64,000 nucleotides of DNA from an uncultured Eubacteriales bacterium (lineage in GTDB: Bacteria > Acidobacteriota > Aminicenantia > Aminicenantales > Aminicenantaceae): assembly GCA_964538085.1 (NCBI GenBank), contig CAZIDF010000008.1:80466-144465 (forward strand), read 5' to 3'. Shown one piece after another: positions 51,089 to 59,815 of the stretch (positions are counted from its first letter, which is position 1; each line of letters opens with the position of its first letter). The translations under genes and the position numbers were made by a program. The notes below the pieces were generated by a model. It did no database searches and was not told where the DNA came from. It was given only the letters and a program-made list of their open reading frames with translations.

Positions 51089-51483
51089 TCTTTTTCCTTC
51101 GATCTATTTTTATCTTTTCTCCTCTTGAAATCGCGCACATTCAACCCGATCGATAGACAAAAAGCGGTAACTAAAAAAGCGATAGCGAATTTATCCACCA
51201 GCGCCCGGCTGACATCCAGACCGGTCAATTGCTCGACAAGGAATTCTAGATAGGAGGTCGAACTATCGTACAGGCCCAGTTTCATCCTCACCTGCCAGTG
51301 CCAATCCGTGCAGGGACAATAGCCGAAGCCATACCAGATCCCCAAAAAAAACCAGGATAATGCTGTCAACAGGATAATAACCAGATTGGCCAATCTCGTC
51401 TTTTTCCAGATCCATCCAAAAACGATGAACAGAATAAGACAGGTGTGGAATACAAAGAAAAAAATGTTCAGGAAGACGTACAT
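51085..51483 (-). CDS. small polytopic membrane protein (DUF2784-like)
   Basis: It is 132 aa with 3-4 TM helices. Its stop overlaps the TPR gene start. Confidence 0.4.
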   Translation of the reverse strand: MYVFLNIFFFVFHTCLILFIVFGWIWKKTRLANLVIILLTALSWFFLGIWYGFGYCPCTDWHWQVRMKLGLYDSSTSYLEFLVEQLTGLDVSRALVDKFAIAFLVTAFCLSIGLNVRDFKRRKDKNRSKEKE

Positions 51484-51491
51484 GCTCCGAA

Positions 51492-52094
51492 CTAAAATTC
51501 TATCCCAAAATTCAACCTGATATAAAAAGCATCATTGTAGAACGACTCCTTTGGATCGTATATATAAATAAAAGAACTTCCCAGGTTCAAGGCTAGATGG
51601 GGATTGGATTTCCATAAAAATATTTTTACCCCCGGATTTCCAACCAAGTGATAATAGACTCCGCTATAACTATACCACTCTCCCCAGTTTATCCCCCCTC
51701 CCCCAGAGATATACAGTTGGAATAAACCCCATTTGGGGAGACTGTAGATTCCTTTCAAACCCAATGCCGAAAATCCATAGCTGTTTTCGCCAGAATTATA
51801 AGGGAAACTGGGATGGTGAAAGGTCCATTCATCGAGCACGCTCTGATAGTTGAAATCCAACTGCAAACCAAAACTCGGGGAGAGGTTGAGCTGGGCATAC
51901 CCGCCCAGATGAAACTGAAGGACATGCCGGTCAGACCAGGGCCTGTAATGCCAGCGGAAGGTGTAACCTGTCCCCCAGGACCATCCTCCGTATACTCCCC
52001 ATGTGAATTTTTTCGATCGTTGGGGAAAAAGAGGCAAAGCCAGGTATACAAGAAAGAGAATAATGGATGCCTGCTTGACCAACTTTTTTTGCAT
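51492..52094 (-). CDS. outer membrane beta-barrel protein
   Basis: There is a signal peptide. It is Gly/Tyr/Trp-rich and ends NFGIEF. Confidence 0.45.
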   Translation of the reverse strand: MQKKLVKQASIILFLVYLALPLFPQRSKKFTWGVYGGWSWGTGYTFRWHYRPWSDRHVLQFHLGGYAQLNLSPSFGLQLDFNYQSVLDEWTFHHPSFPYNSGENSYGFSALGLKGIYSLPKWGLFQLYISGGGGINWGEWYSYSGVYYHLVGNPGVKIFLWKSNPHLALNLGSSFIYIYDPKESFYNDAFYIRLNFGIEF

Positions 52095-52233
52095 CGTAAA
52101 TACCCCTTTTTATCGTATTCTTCCTAAGTATAGCCAATTGAAATGATTTCGTGAACAGTTATTTATCGCCCGAGCGAATCCTTTTGTGATTGGGTTACGT
52201 ATATATAAATGGGGATGGGAAAGGAAGAACAAA

Positions 52234-52410
52234 ATGAAAACAAAAACGAAAATCGCCATCTTGGTGGTTGCAGTCCTTCTTTCCCTGTTCGGTTTTAATC
52301 TGATCACATGCAACGACTGTGTCATGGAAATGCTTGCAGGAAAGGATGCCGGTTACACAGTAACGACACAAGTGATTTCTGTCGTGCCGAATATGGCAGC
52401 GGTACCTTAG
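52234..52410 (+). CDS. small exported peptide (58 aa) with a CNDC motif
   Basis: The RBS GGAAAGGAAG precedes the ATG. The N-terminal MKTKTKIAILVVAVLLSLFGFNL is signal-like. Short ORF, so low certainty. Confidence 0.3.
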   Translation: MKTKTKIAILVVAVLLSLFGFNLITCNDCVMEMLAGKDAGYTVTTQVISVVPNMAAVP

Positions 52411-52415
52411 ATCTA

Positions 52416-52991
52416 TTACTGGAGACTTTTAAGAGCCTTTATAAAAATGCGCCGCATTTTAATGCCTTGGATTTCGCCGGACACGCCATCCAAAGCTTTA
52501 AAATCATACCCTTTTTTCTTTTTGAAATAAGCAACCCAGAAAGGATAATAAATCTTCCTTCCTTCAGATATTTCCGTAGCATGAGGATGGCTGCGTGTCC
52601 GTAACCCGTGCTCCAACAGGATACCTTTATACTGGTCCAGAGCCATTTTTGCAGCTTCGGACGAAGAAATTTCAAAATCACAGGCAGGCCCAGGTGCTTG
52701 AAGGCCTTTTACGAGATCCAAGCCATGCTCTGCGTAGAGCACAGTATGCCCCAGAAGACCATCCACAAAAAGAGCCACGTGTTGTTGACTTGTGGGTGTG
52801 TTTTTCTGCCTCTTTTCATCCTTTTCGACCAGAACATCGAATAGATAAAAGGGCAGGTACACAACCTCCAATCTTTCGGGAGAAATATGTCTTTTCAGAA
52901 GAGAAAATTTAGAAACCAAGGGGAATGATGATTTCTCAGTAGAAAAGAGTCTCCCAGCCTGTTGTTGGGAGACTATCGGTTCGATGAACAT
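52416..52991 (-). CDS. hypothetical protein
   Basis: It is a 191-aa ORF with no recognisable motifs. Confidence 0.35.
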   Translation of the reverse strand: MFIEPIVSQQQAGRLFSTEKSSFPLVSKFSLLKRHISPERLEVVYLPFYLFDVLVEKDEKRQKNTPTSQQHVALFVDGLLGHTVLYAEHGLDLVKGLQAPGPACDFEISSSEAAKMALDQYKGILLEHGLRTRSHPHATEISEGRKIYYPFWVAYFKKKKGYDFKALDGVSGEIQGIKMRRIFIKALKSLQ

Positions 52992-52995
52992 ACAA

Positions 52996-53268
52996 TTATC
53001 TTCTGCGGCGTTTGTTGGATCTCCCTTTCAAGAAGGAAAAAATGCCGGCCGCAAGAAGCAGGGCTGCAGCGATGATGTTCGTAACGATCCCACGCATCAA
53101 CGGGACGTTTTCTGTGCCTTTGACAAAAAATGTGGCCAGCAGAACCACTATGCCGAAAAAGAGCCAGAAAACTCCCATGATTTCCAAGGGTTCGAAGCTC
53201 TGTTTTTGTTCTGACTGATTATCGTTTGTTTGCATTCGGTCCTCCATCTTGCCCTCAGAATATGACAT
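52996..53268 (-). CDS. small membrane protein
   Basis: It is 90 aa with two TM helices, upstream of the SSS transporter pair. Confidence 0.35.
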   Translation of the reverse strand: MSYSEGKMEDRMQTNDNQSEQKQSFEPLEIMGVFWLFFGIVVLLATFFVKGTENVPLMRGIVTNIIAAALLLAAGIFSFLKGRSNKRRRR

Positions 53269-53458
53269 AGAGAACGACCTGGATTCCCAGAAAGACAGTG
53301 GCCCAGATCCTCAGGTCCCGCCAACGCTTCTTATCCAACGCTCCTTCGAATATGAACTTAGGGGGACGAAACCAAGCCCAGATGATCATGCCGATAAAAA
53401 ATAAGGCGGCAATATATTTCCCTAAAACAGGAGGCAAACTTTCCAACCATCCCATCAT
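53255..53458 (-). CDS. small membrane protein, likely the accessory small subunit of the adjacent sodium:solute symporter (DUF3311-like)
   Basis: It is 67 aa with two TM helices. Its stop is 2 nt from the SSS gene start. Confidence 0.4.
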   Translation of the reverse strand: MMGWLESLPPVLGKYIAALFFIGMIIWAWFRPPKFIFEGALDKKRWRDLRIWATVFLGIQVVLYVIF

Positions 53459-53459
53459 T

Positions 53460-54977
53460 TTATTCCTCCCCTTCGGCTCTTTTTTTCAAGATGCCTTGCA
53501 TGTTTTCATCCTTCATCACAAGTCCGTAGACCAATCCCTCCAGTTTCTCGATCGGATCGGGTTTGGTCAACAAGCTGACTATGATCGTGATCAAGATCGA
53601 TCCTAAAAAGGACCACCAAGCGATGTACAGAAAACTGGCTTTGGTTACGAAAAATAACGAGCTGGAGATGGCCACGCCGCCCAAAAGTCCGAACAATCCG
53701 CCCCATTGATTGGCTCGCTTCCAGTAGATCCCGAGCAAGGTGATGGCAAATGTGGGCCCCTGGAATATGGACAAAAGAGTCTGCATCGCCACATAGATCC
53801 CAGGAAATGCTTTCGTGACCGGGGCAAAGGCGATAGCCCATATCACGAAAACGAGGGTGAGGATCCGGCCGACTTTGAGATAGTGTTTGTCCGAAGCATC
53901 TTTCTTGAAAAATCGCTGGTAGATGTCCCGTGTCCAGAGCGTAGCGGCAGAGTTAAGTGTGGAATCCACGCTGGAGATGAGGGCGGCCATAAAAGCGGCA
54001 AACACAAGTCCTGCCAGGCCCGCAGGCAACAAGTTTTTGATCAGCCAGGGAAAGGCCTTGTCCATGTCCGCTCCAGCTAATCCAGGATTGAGAGCCAGGG
54101 CAAGCAGCCCAGGCAGCACCACCAGGATAGGGATGAACATCTTGGGAAGAGCTGCGAACATCATGCCAGCCTTGGCATCCCATTCGCTGCGGGCTCCGAG
54201 TGTCCGCTGGATGATGGCCTGATGGCAGCACCACCAGGCTGGGGATAGGACAAGAGCCAGCCCGAAGATCATGCCCAGCCAGGGGTAGGTGGGATTACTC
54301 AACGGTAAAAACAACTTGAAGTGATCGGGATTGGCAGGCTTTATGGCTTCCACAAGACCGGACCATCCGCCTACGGTCCAAAGACCGAGTACAGTGAGAG
54401 CCACCCCGCCGATGAACATCACGAGAAGTTGGACCACATCGGTCATAGCGACGGCTGCAAGCCCTCCAGTGATGGTATAAACCCCGACGATCAGGGCTGT
54501 GATAAGGAGGCTGAATTCTACCGGGATACCCAGGTATTCGTTAAGCATAAGGCCGCTGGCCCAGAAAAAAACTCCCAATACACAGGCCAAAAATGCCCCC
54601 CAGAGTATGGCCTCGATCACCCGCACGGCCGTGTTGTATCGTCTACCCAGGAATTCCGGGACCGTGTAAACGCCGGCTTTCCAGTAATAGGGAACGAACA
54701 ATAGAGCTGCAAGCACCATGGCCGGGATGGCGCCGATCCACTCATAGTTGGCCTGGGCGATCCCGAACCTGTAGGCTCCGCCTGCCGCTCCCATGTAATC
54801 GTAAGCACCGATGTTGGTGCCGATGATGGACATGCTGATCACCCACCAGGGCAGCATCTTCCCGGCAAGGAAATAGTCTTCTTCGGTTTTGACATACTTC
54901 TTGAAATACACGCCGAAGATAGGGATCGCGACCAGGTAGGCGATAACGATGACCAGATCAATTCCGTGTATGCCCAT
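53460..54977 (-). CDS. sodium:solute symporter (SSS family)
   Basis: It is 505 aa with about 13 TM helices. The N-terminus IDLVIVIAYLVAIPIFGVYF...DYFLAGKMLPWWVISMSIIGTNIGA is typical of SSS. Confidence 0.85.
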   Translation of the reverse strand: MGIHGIDLVIVIAYLVAIPIFGVYFKKYVKTEEDYFLAGKMLPWWVISMSIIGTNIGAYDYMGAAGGAYRFGIAQANYEWIGAIPAMVLAALLFVPYYWKAGVYTVPEFLGRRYNTAVRVIEAILWGAFLACVLGVFFWASGLMLNEYLGIPVEFSLLITALIVGVYTITGGLAAVAMTDVVQLLVMFIGGVALTVLGLWTVGGWSGLVEAIKPANPDHFKLFLPLSNPTYPWLGMIFGLALVLSPAWWCCHQAIIQRTLGARSEWDAKAGMMFAALPKMFIPILVVLPGLLALALNPGLAGADMDKAFPWLIKNLLPAGLAGLVFAAFMAALISSVDSTLNSAATLWTRDIYQRFFKKDASDKHYLKVGRILTLVFVIWAIAFAPVTKAFPGIYVAMQTLLSIFQGPTFAITLLGIYWKRANQWGGLFGLLGGVAISSSLFFVTKASFLYIAWWSFLGSILITIIVSLLTKPDPIEKLEGLVYGLVMKDENMQGILKKRAEGEE

Positions 54978-55065
54978 GGATAACTCCCTCGTCCATTGTT
55001 GCCTACACTATATAAAAATTCCCCTCAAAAACTCAAACATAAAAAATCAATAAATAAAAAAAAGA

Positions 55066-56973
55066 CTATTTATGAAAAGTGTATTTGAATCCTAAAGCAA
55101 CGGCTCTGGCTTTCATCGGGTATCCGGGTTCTGTCACATAACCGTTATCCAAGAGGTTCTCGCCCTTGAGGAATACATCCACATTTGAAATCCTCACAGA
55201 AAAAACCGCGTTCAGGACAAAATAGCCGGGTATCCGGACGATGTCATTGAAGACGAGCACCTCTGCACTGGATGAGTATAACCCAAACAGCGTAAATTTT
55301 GTGTTCTTCGGTCCTTTGACATTCAGGACAAAATTCAGTTGAGACCGGGGAACTAGGTCCAACGGACGGTCTTCATCCTCGTTCACTCCATCGAGGTAAG
55401 TGTAATTGACGGAAAGGTCGAACCCCTGGAATGTTTTGGATAATTCCATCTCAAATCCAGCTATATGGGCCTGTCCTATGTTCAAATTCGTCTGGCTTCC
55501 ATCGATCTGCCGGACGCTTTGGATGAGATCCTTTATTTTGTTGTAAAAAACAGCTCCGGATAACAGGAAATCTCTCTCATACAGGAATCCCAGTTCGAAA
55601 CTCGTGCCCCTCTCATCCCTGAGATCTGGATTTCCCCCCGAAGAGCTGTACAGGGACCTCATCGAGGGGAATCGTGACTTTTGAGAGACGGAAATCCGGA
55701 TATCCATATAATCAGAAGGATTGAACTTGAGGCCGGCAATGGGATTCAAGGATGTTTTGTTCTCCCCTATAAATTTCCTAAGGTGGTCGAGGCTCACGCC
55801 TGCGATCAACCGCCATTTGGGATTCAACCGAAAATGGTTTTCCAATCCGAGGGAAACCGTCTGGTGCTGGAATTCTTCCCAAGCTTCTCCGATATCATCC
55901 TGAGTTCTGACCCTGTCGTCACGGAAATTCAGGCTGAATTTCCACTCATTTTGGGATGCATACGGCAAAGTGCCCAAAATGAATGCGCCATAGGAGTCGT
56001 TTTTATAAGTGGATACCCACTGCAAGTCATTATAATCCGGACGGGTGTAGGCATCCAGGACATTGAAATGGCGCACATAATAACTTCTGACCTTGAGGTT
56101 CCCACGCTTAAAAATAGTAAAGGTGCCACCCAGATTGAGCTGCCACCTGTCCCAATCCTTGAACCGCCAATAGCGGGGCCTGTAGTATTCTGTTGCTGCC
56201 GGAATGCCATAGTCTGAAGTGTAATATCCGGCCTCGAACAGGATTTCACTCTTATCATTGGGATAAAAATACACCTTCCCCGTGAAATTGGCCCTCGAGT
56301 AGCCGCTGTTATCCATCGCGGTGTGACGGCCTTCCTGTTTCCACTCGAATCCATCGGATTTATCGTAGGAAAAAAAGCCAGAGAAAAAGACTTTTTTCCA
56401 GCGAAGGGAGCCGGTCGATGCAAGATTGAACGCCTTCTGGCTGTCATAGGATGTGCTCAAAGAAAAGGAAGGAGATTCGGGTCTTCGGGTAATGACATTC
56501 ACGATCCCGCCCATGGCGTTCGGACCGTAAAGGACAGAAGATGCCCCTCTGACCACCTTGATGTTTTCGATTTCTTCCGTGGTGATGGTTTTCAGGTCGA
56601 AGGAGTTGAAATAAGGTTCATAAATCGGGATCCCGTCATAGAGCAGAGCAATTCTCTGGCCTTCGAGCCCGCGGATTTTGAGGTGAAATTCGTTTTTGGA
56701 CCCGACCGAGACAAACGTCCCTGAGGAATAAGAAAGCACATCCGATAGGTTTCTGGGCAGCAGGGCTTCCATTTTTTCCTTGAGGATTATGGTTGTGGTG
56801 GACAGAGGAACATCCTTGGGGCGCTCTGCTTCGACAACGATCTCCTCTGTTATCTGTTTTTGTTTTTTGCCTTCTTCCTGTTCTTTTTCCTGAGCAAAAA
56901 AGTCGGGTGGCGATAAAAGTGTTGCCATAATGAGCAAGCACGATAGTGCTAAGAATGCAATTCGGTGTTTCAT
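55066..56973 (-). CDS. TonB-dependent outer membrane receptor
   Basis: There is a signal peptide. The plug motifs are VVEAERP..., RNLSDVLSY and VLYGPNAMGGIVNVITRRP, followed by a 22-strand-barrel length. Confidence 0.8.
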   Translation of the reverse strand: MKHRIAFLALSCLLIMATLLSPPDFFAQEKEQEEGKKQKQITEEIVVEAERPKDVPLSTTTIILKEKMEALLPRNLSDVLSYSSGTFVSVGSKNEFHLKIRGLEGQRIALLYDGIPIYEPYFNSFDLKTITTEEIENIKVVRGASSVLYGPNAMGGIVNVITRRPESPSFSLSTSYDSQKAFNLASTGSLRWKKVFFSGFFSYDKSDGFEWKQEGRHTAMDNSGYSRANFTGKVYFYPNDKSEILFEAGYYTSDYGIPAATEYYRPRYWRFKDWDRWQLNLGGTFTIFKRGNLKVRSYYVRHFNVLDAYTRPDYNDLQWVSTYKNDSYGAFILGTLPYASQNEWKFSLNFRDDRVRTQDDIGEAWEEFQHQTVSLGLENHFRLNPKWRLIAGVSLDHLRKFIGENKTSLNPIAGLKFNPSDYMDIRISVSQKSRFPSMRSLYSSSGGNPDLRDERGTSFELGFLYERDFLLSGAVFYNKIKDLIQSVRQIDGSQTNLNIGQAHIAGFEMELSKTFQGFDLSVNYTYLDGVNEDEDRPLDLVPRSQLNFVLNVKGPKNTKFTLFGLYSSSAEVLVFNDIVRIPGYFVLNAVFSVRISNVDVFLKGENLLDNGYVTEPGYPMKARAVALGFKYTFHK

Positions 56974-57473
56974 TTCAGGTCCTTCTCATATTCGATAAGC
57001 CTATATTTTGGGCATCCTTCCCAAGGGATCCATCTCTTCACATAAAATCCACAGCTAAGATACATCTTTTGGGCAGGAATGAAAAAGGGATGGTCTAGCG
57101 TGGATACTTTTGCTCTACTGAATCTCCTCTTTTGGAACCGCCGGAGAATTTCTGCGATCTGCAGTTTTCCGAATCCTCGCCCCTGATACTCGGGAAGGAT
57201 ACCGTTGTGTCCAATGATGCCCAATGTCGGCCACTGCCTCGGGTCATAGGATGCGAAACCGATGAGTTTATCATCGAGCCAACTCAGAAATGTGCAGTCT
57301 CCGATGCCACCAGGATCTTCATATACATCGGTATCGAACCGTTCCCATCCTTCGGCTTCATTAGCCCAAAAATCCGGTTCGGAGGTGACAAGATCGGCAT
57401 AACAGATTTTCAAGATCGAAGCAATCTTCCCCGGTTCTTGAACGTGAGGTGATGTGAACTTTAGATCGGACAT
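56970..57473 (-). CDS. GNAT-family N-acetyltransferase
   Basis: The start is MSDLKF. The GNAT motif A is YQGRGFGKLQIAEIL. It overlaps the TBDR start by 4 nt. Confidence 0.65.
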   Translation of the reverse strand: MSDLKFTSPHVQEPGKIASILKICYADLVTSEPDFWANEAEGWERFDTDVYEDPGGIGDCTFLSWLDDKLIGFASYDPRQWPTLGIIGHNGILPEYQGRGFGKLQIAEILRRFQKRRFSRAKVSTLDHPFFIPAQKMYLSCGFYVKRWIPWEGCPKYRLIEYEKDLK

Positions 57474-57499
57474 GACAACCTTTGTGTCAGAGTATTCGT

Positions 57500-59143
57500 T
57501 TATTCCGATATGGCCTTCATCTTCTGGATGTGTTCGGCCATGAGCTTTAGCAACTCGGGCCCTCCCGGACCCCAGCAATGGGGCTCCCCTTCGCCGTATT
57601 CCACCACGCCGCCATAGTATGGATCTTCAGTGCTTTCCAGGAATTTCTCCATGAATACGACGGCATTATTCAGATAGTAGGAATCCATGTCCCCGACATA
57701 GATATGGAGTTTCCCCTCCAATTTTTGGCCGATCTCAGCCCAGTTCTGCTCTAGGTAAAGGCGCAGGTCAAAGTGTTCCTTCCAATAGCGGGCCACATCG
57801 GGATCGATGTCTCCTGTGAGCTTGTCCCAGGCTTCTTTAGGATAGCCAACCTCCCCGACCGGTCCGTAACAGGCCATGTAGATCTCCCACTGCCCTCCTG
57901 ACCGGCAATTATCTCCCACAGCCAGTTCGTAGTGGTTTTCGTCCTTCATCATCTCCCGGACTTGACCGTCCGTGCTTCTGAGAACTGGGCGTTCTACCCG
58001 CAACCAATCATAATCTGTGTAATAGGCATTTTCGTGTTCATACATATTCACCAGATGCTGGGCCCGGAAGTCTAAAGCATCGGGACATAAAGAGAATGTG
58101 CCGCCGAAGAAATCGGGATGAAAAACCTGAAGCGCAAAGGAGATCCAGCCTCCTGTGGATCCTCCTGAGAGAACGCGTGCATAGGGCTCTCGGATGATCC
58201 GAAAATTCTCCTCGATATACGGGATCAACTCCTGCATGATAGCATCACCGTAGGGCCCTAGATTGGGAGAATTCATGGCATGGGAGTCGTCATAATAGGG
58301 GCAGGGATGCTGGAATGTCACGGCTATCATCGGAGGACATTCGTCCGATTTCCAATACTCGAAAAACTCATACCCTCTGCTGCCCCAGCGATCGTTCTCT
58401 TCTGCCTTCTCTTCGCGGAAACCATAAGGAGCGCGCAATGAAAAATGCCCTTGGATGTAGTTGACAGGGTAATATTCATCGGGATTTTCATCGTATCCCT
58501 TTGGCAACAGGATGGTCGCCCCTAGGTACATCGGCTGTCCCCAGAAATCTGAGAGCAGCTTACTCTGGAATTTTATCCGCTTGACCCATTTTGTATCCGG
58601 CTCGACTTCGATGGGAGGAATCACATGATCGCAGGTGATGGATACGGTTTGTTTCTGGGATGGATCGATATGGATTTTGTGCACATCGCTGTACATGTTT
58701 CCGGGCGATCGCAGCCAATTTTGCCCCTCCCACTGGTCGTTGTGCAGCCACACGGTGTGGCCATCGGCGCGTTCGAATTGGGTGTAGACGTTGATAAAAC
58801 CCTGGACATAGTAATCCCCGGGTGGAATGTCACGGATGCTTTGAAGGGGGAATCCGTAAGATCTCTCATCTATAACTCCTGCCTCTCCTGCTTCCAATCC
58901 CGAGAAATTTTGCCCCCAAAAAGGGATCCCGCTCGCTCGGCGCACCTGAAACCGTGGCTCACGCTGGTCTGTCTGTGCCAACATGACATACACCCGGCCA
59001 GTCAAAGGCCCGGCATGAGCATCTTCCGTAAAACTTATGGCAAATTCAAGGTTCGAAACATTCGATACGCTGGTTCCATTTTGACAGCAGACTGAAACAC
59101 AAGCAAAGACAAAAAAGATGATCAATTTTAGGTTACTTTTCAT
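57500..59143 (-). CDS. exported alpha/beta-hydrolase esterase (putative esterase / enterochelin-esterase-like family)
   Basis: There is a signal peptide. The nucleophile-elbow-like motif is LSGGSTGGW. It is 547 aa and is the first gene of the esterase-GNAT-TBDR operon. Confidence 0.55.
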   Translation of the reverse strand: MKSNLKLIIFFVFACVSVCCQNGTSVSNVSNLEFAISFTEDAHAGPLTGRVYVMLAQTDQREPRFQVRRASGIPFWGQNFSGLEAGEAGVIDERSYGFPLQSIRDIPPGDYYVQGFINVYTQFERADGHTVWLHNDQWEGQNWLRSPGNMYSDVHKIHIDPSQKQTVSITCDHVIPPIEVEPDTKWVKRIKFQSKLLSDFWGQPMYLGATILLPKGYDENPDEYYPVNYIQGHFSLRAPYGFREEKAEENDRWGSRGYEFFEYWKSDECPPMIAVTFQHPCPYYDDSHAMNSPNLGPYGDAIMQELIPYIEENFRIIREPYARVLSGGSTGGWISFALQVFHPDFFGGTFSLCPDALDFRAQHLVNMYEHENAYYTDYDWLRVERPVLRSTDGQVREMMKDENHYELAVGDNCRSGGQWEIYMACYGPVGEVGYPKEAWDKLTGDIDPDVARYWKEHFDLRLYLEQNWAEIGQKLEGKLHIYVGDMDSYYLNNAVVFMEKFLESTEDPYYGGVVEYGEGEPHCWGPGGPELLKLMAEHIQKMKAISE

Positions 59144-59203
59144 GCCTTCTCCTCTCTATCAAACATTATATTTTCTTCAATCCCGCCCTAAAAAGCAATT
59201 ACA

Positions 59204-59297
59204 ATTCGGGGACAGGATACGTTTTCACTTAATTCTGTGCTGAGATACTTGATACCTTAATCATGATATGGAATAATTCGGTACCTGTTCCCGAATT
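59204..59297. repeat. inverted repeat AATTCGGGGACAGG (59204..59217) / CCTGTTCCCGAATT (59284..59297), 13/14 match, about 66-nt spacer
   Basis: It lies in the divergent intergenic region between the esterase and cupin genes. The left arm is part of a motif shared with 45301..45325. Confidence 0.7.
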
Positions 59298-59321
59298 AGA
59301 GTTATAACAAGGATAAAAGCA

Positions 59322-59681
59322 ATGGAAAAAGTCAATTTAAGCGAAAAATTCAGTTTATTCAAGGAAACCTGGACACCTAAAATCGCCGGTGAACTCAACG
59401 GGCAGTACGTCAAACTGGCCAAAACCAAAGGGGAGTTTGTCTGGCACAAACATGATACTGAAGATGAGTTTTTTCTTGTCATAAGCGGCACTTTGACCAT
59501 CAAACTCAGGGATAAGGACATTCGACTCGATCCAGGAGAATTTCTCATCGTCCCCAAAGGCATCGAACACAAACCCGTCTCAGAAAATGAGGCCCACGTC
59601 TTGGTATTCGAACCAAAAAACACAAAACACACCGGAGATGTCGAGAGCGAGATGACCGTTAAAAAATTCGACTGGATTTAA
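59322..59681 (+). CDS. cupin-domain protein
   Basis: It is 119 aa with the cupin motifs HKHDTEDEFFLVISG and PKGIEHKP. Confidence 0.7.
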   Translation: MEKVNLSEKFSLFKETWTPKIAGELNGQYVKLAKTKGEFVWHKHDTEDEFFLVISGTLTIKLRDKDIRLDPGEFLIVPKGIEHKPVSENEAHVLVFEPKNTKHTGDVESEMTVKKFDWI

Positions 59682-59776
59682 TCCCCTCTCTAGCAATTGG
59701 GGGATAAAATCCTTTGTCCTTTCAGCATGCAAAAATAGGGAAACACATATCCAGGTACCGAATTAAAAAAAAATGT

Positions 59777-59805
59777 TTGACAGAAGTTGCATTTTTTTTT
59801 ATTAT
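59777..59805 (+). promoter_or_regulatory. sigma70-like promoter TTGACA-17-TATTAT upstream of the helicase gene
   Basis: TTGACA is at 59777..59782 and TATTAT at 59800..59805. The next in-frame ATG (59816) would then be about 4-6 nt from the transcript start. Judged by eye. Confidence 0.35.
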
Positions 59806-59815
59806 GGTGAACAAA

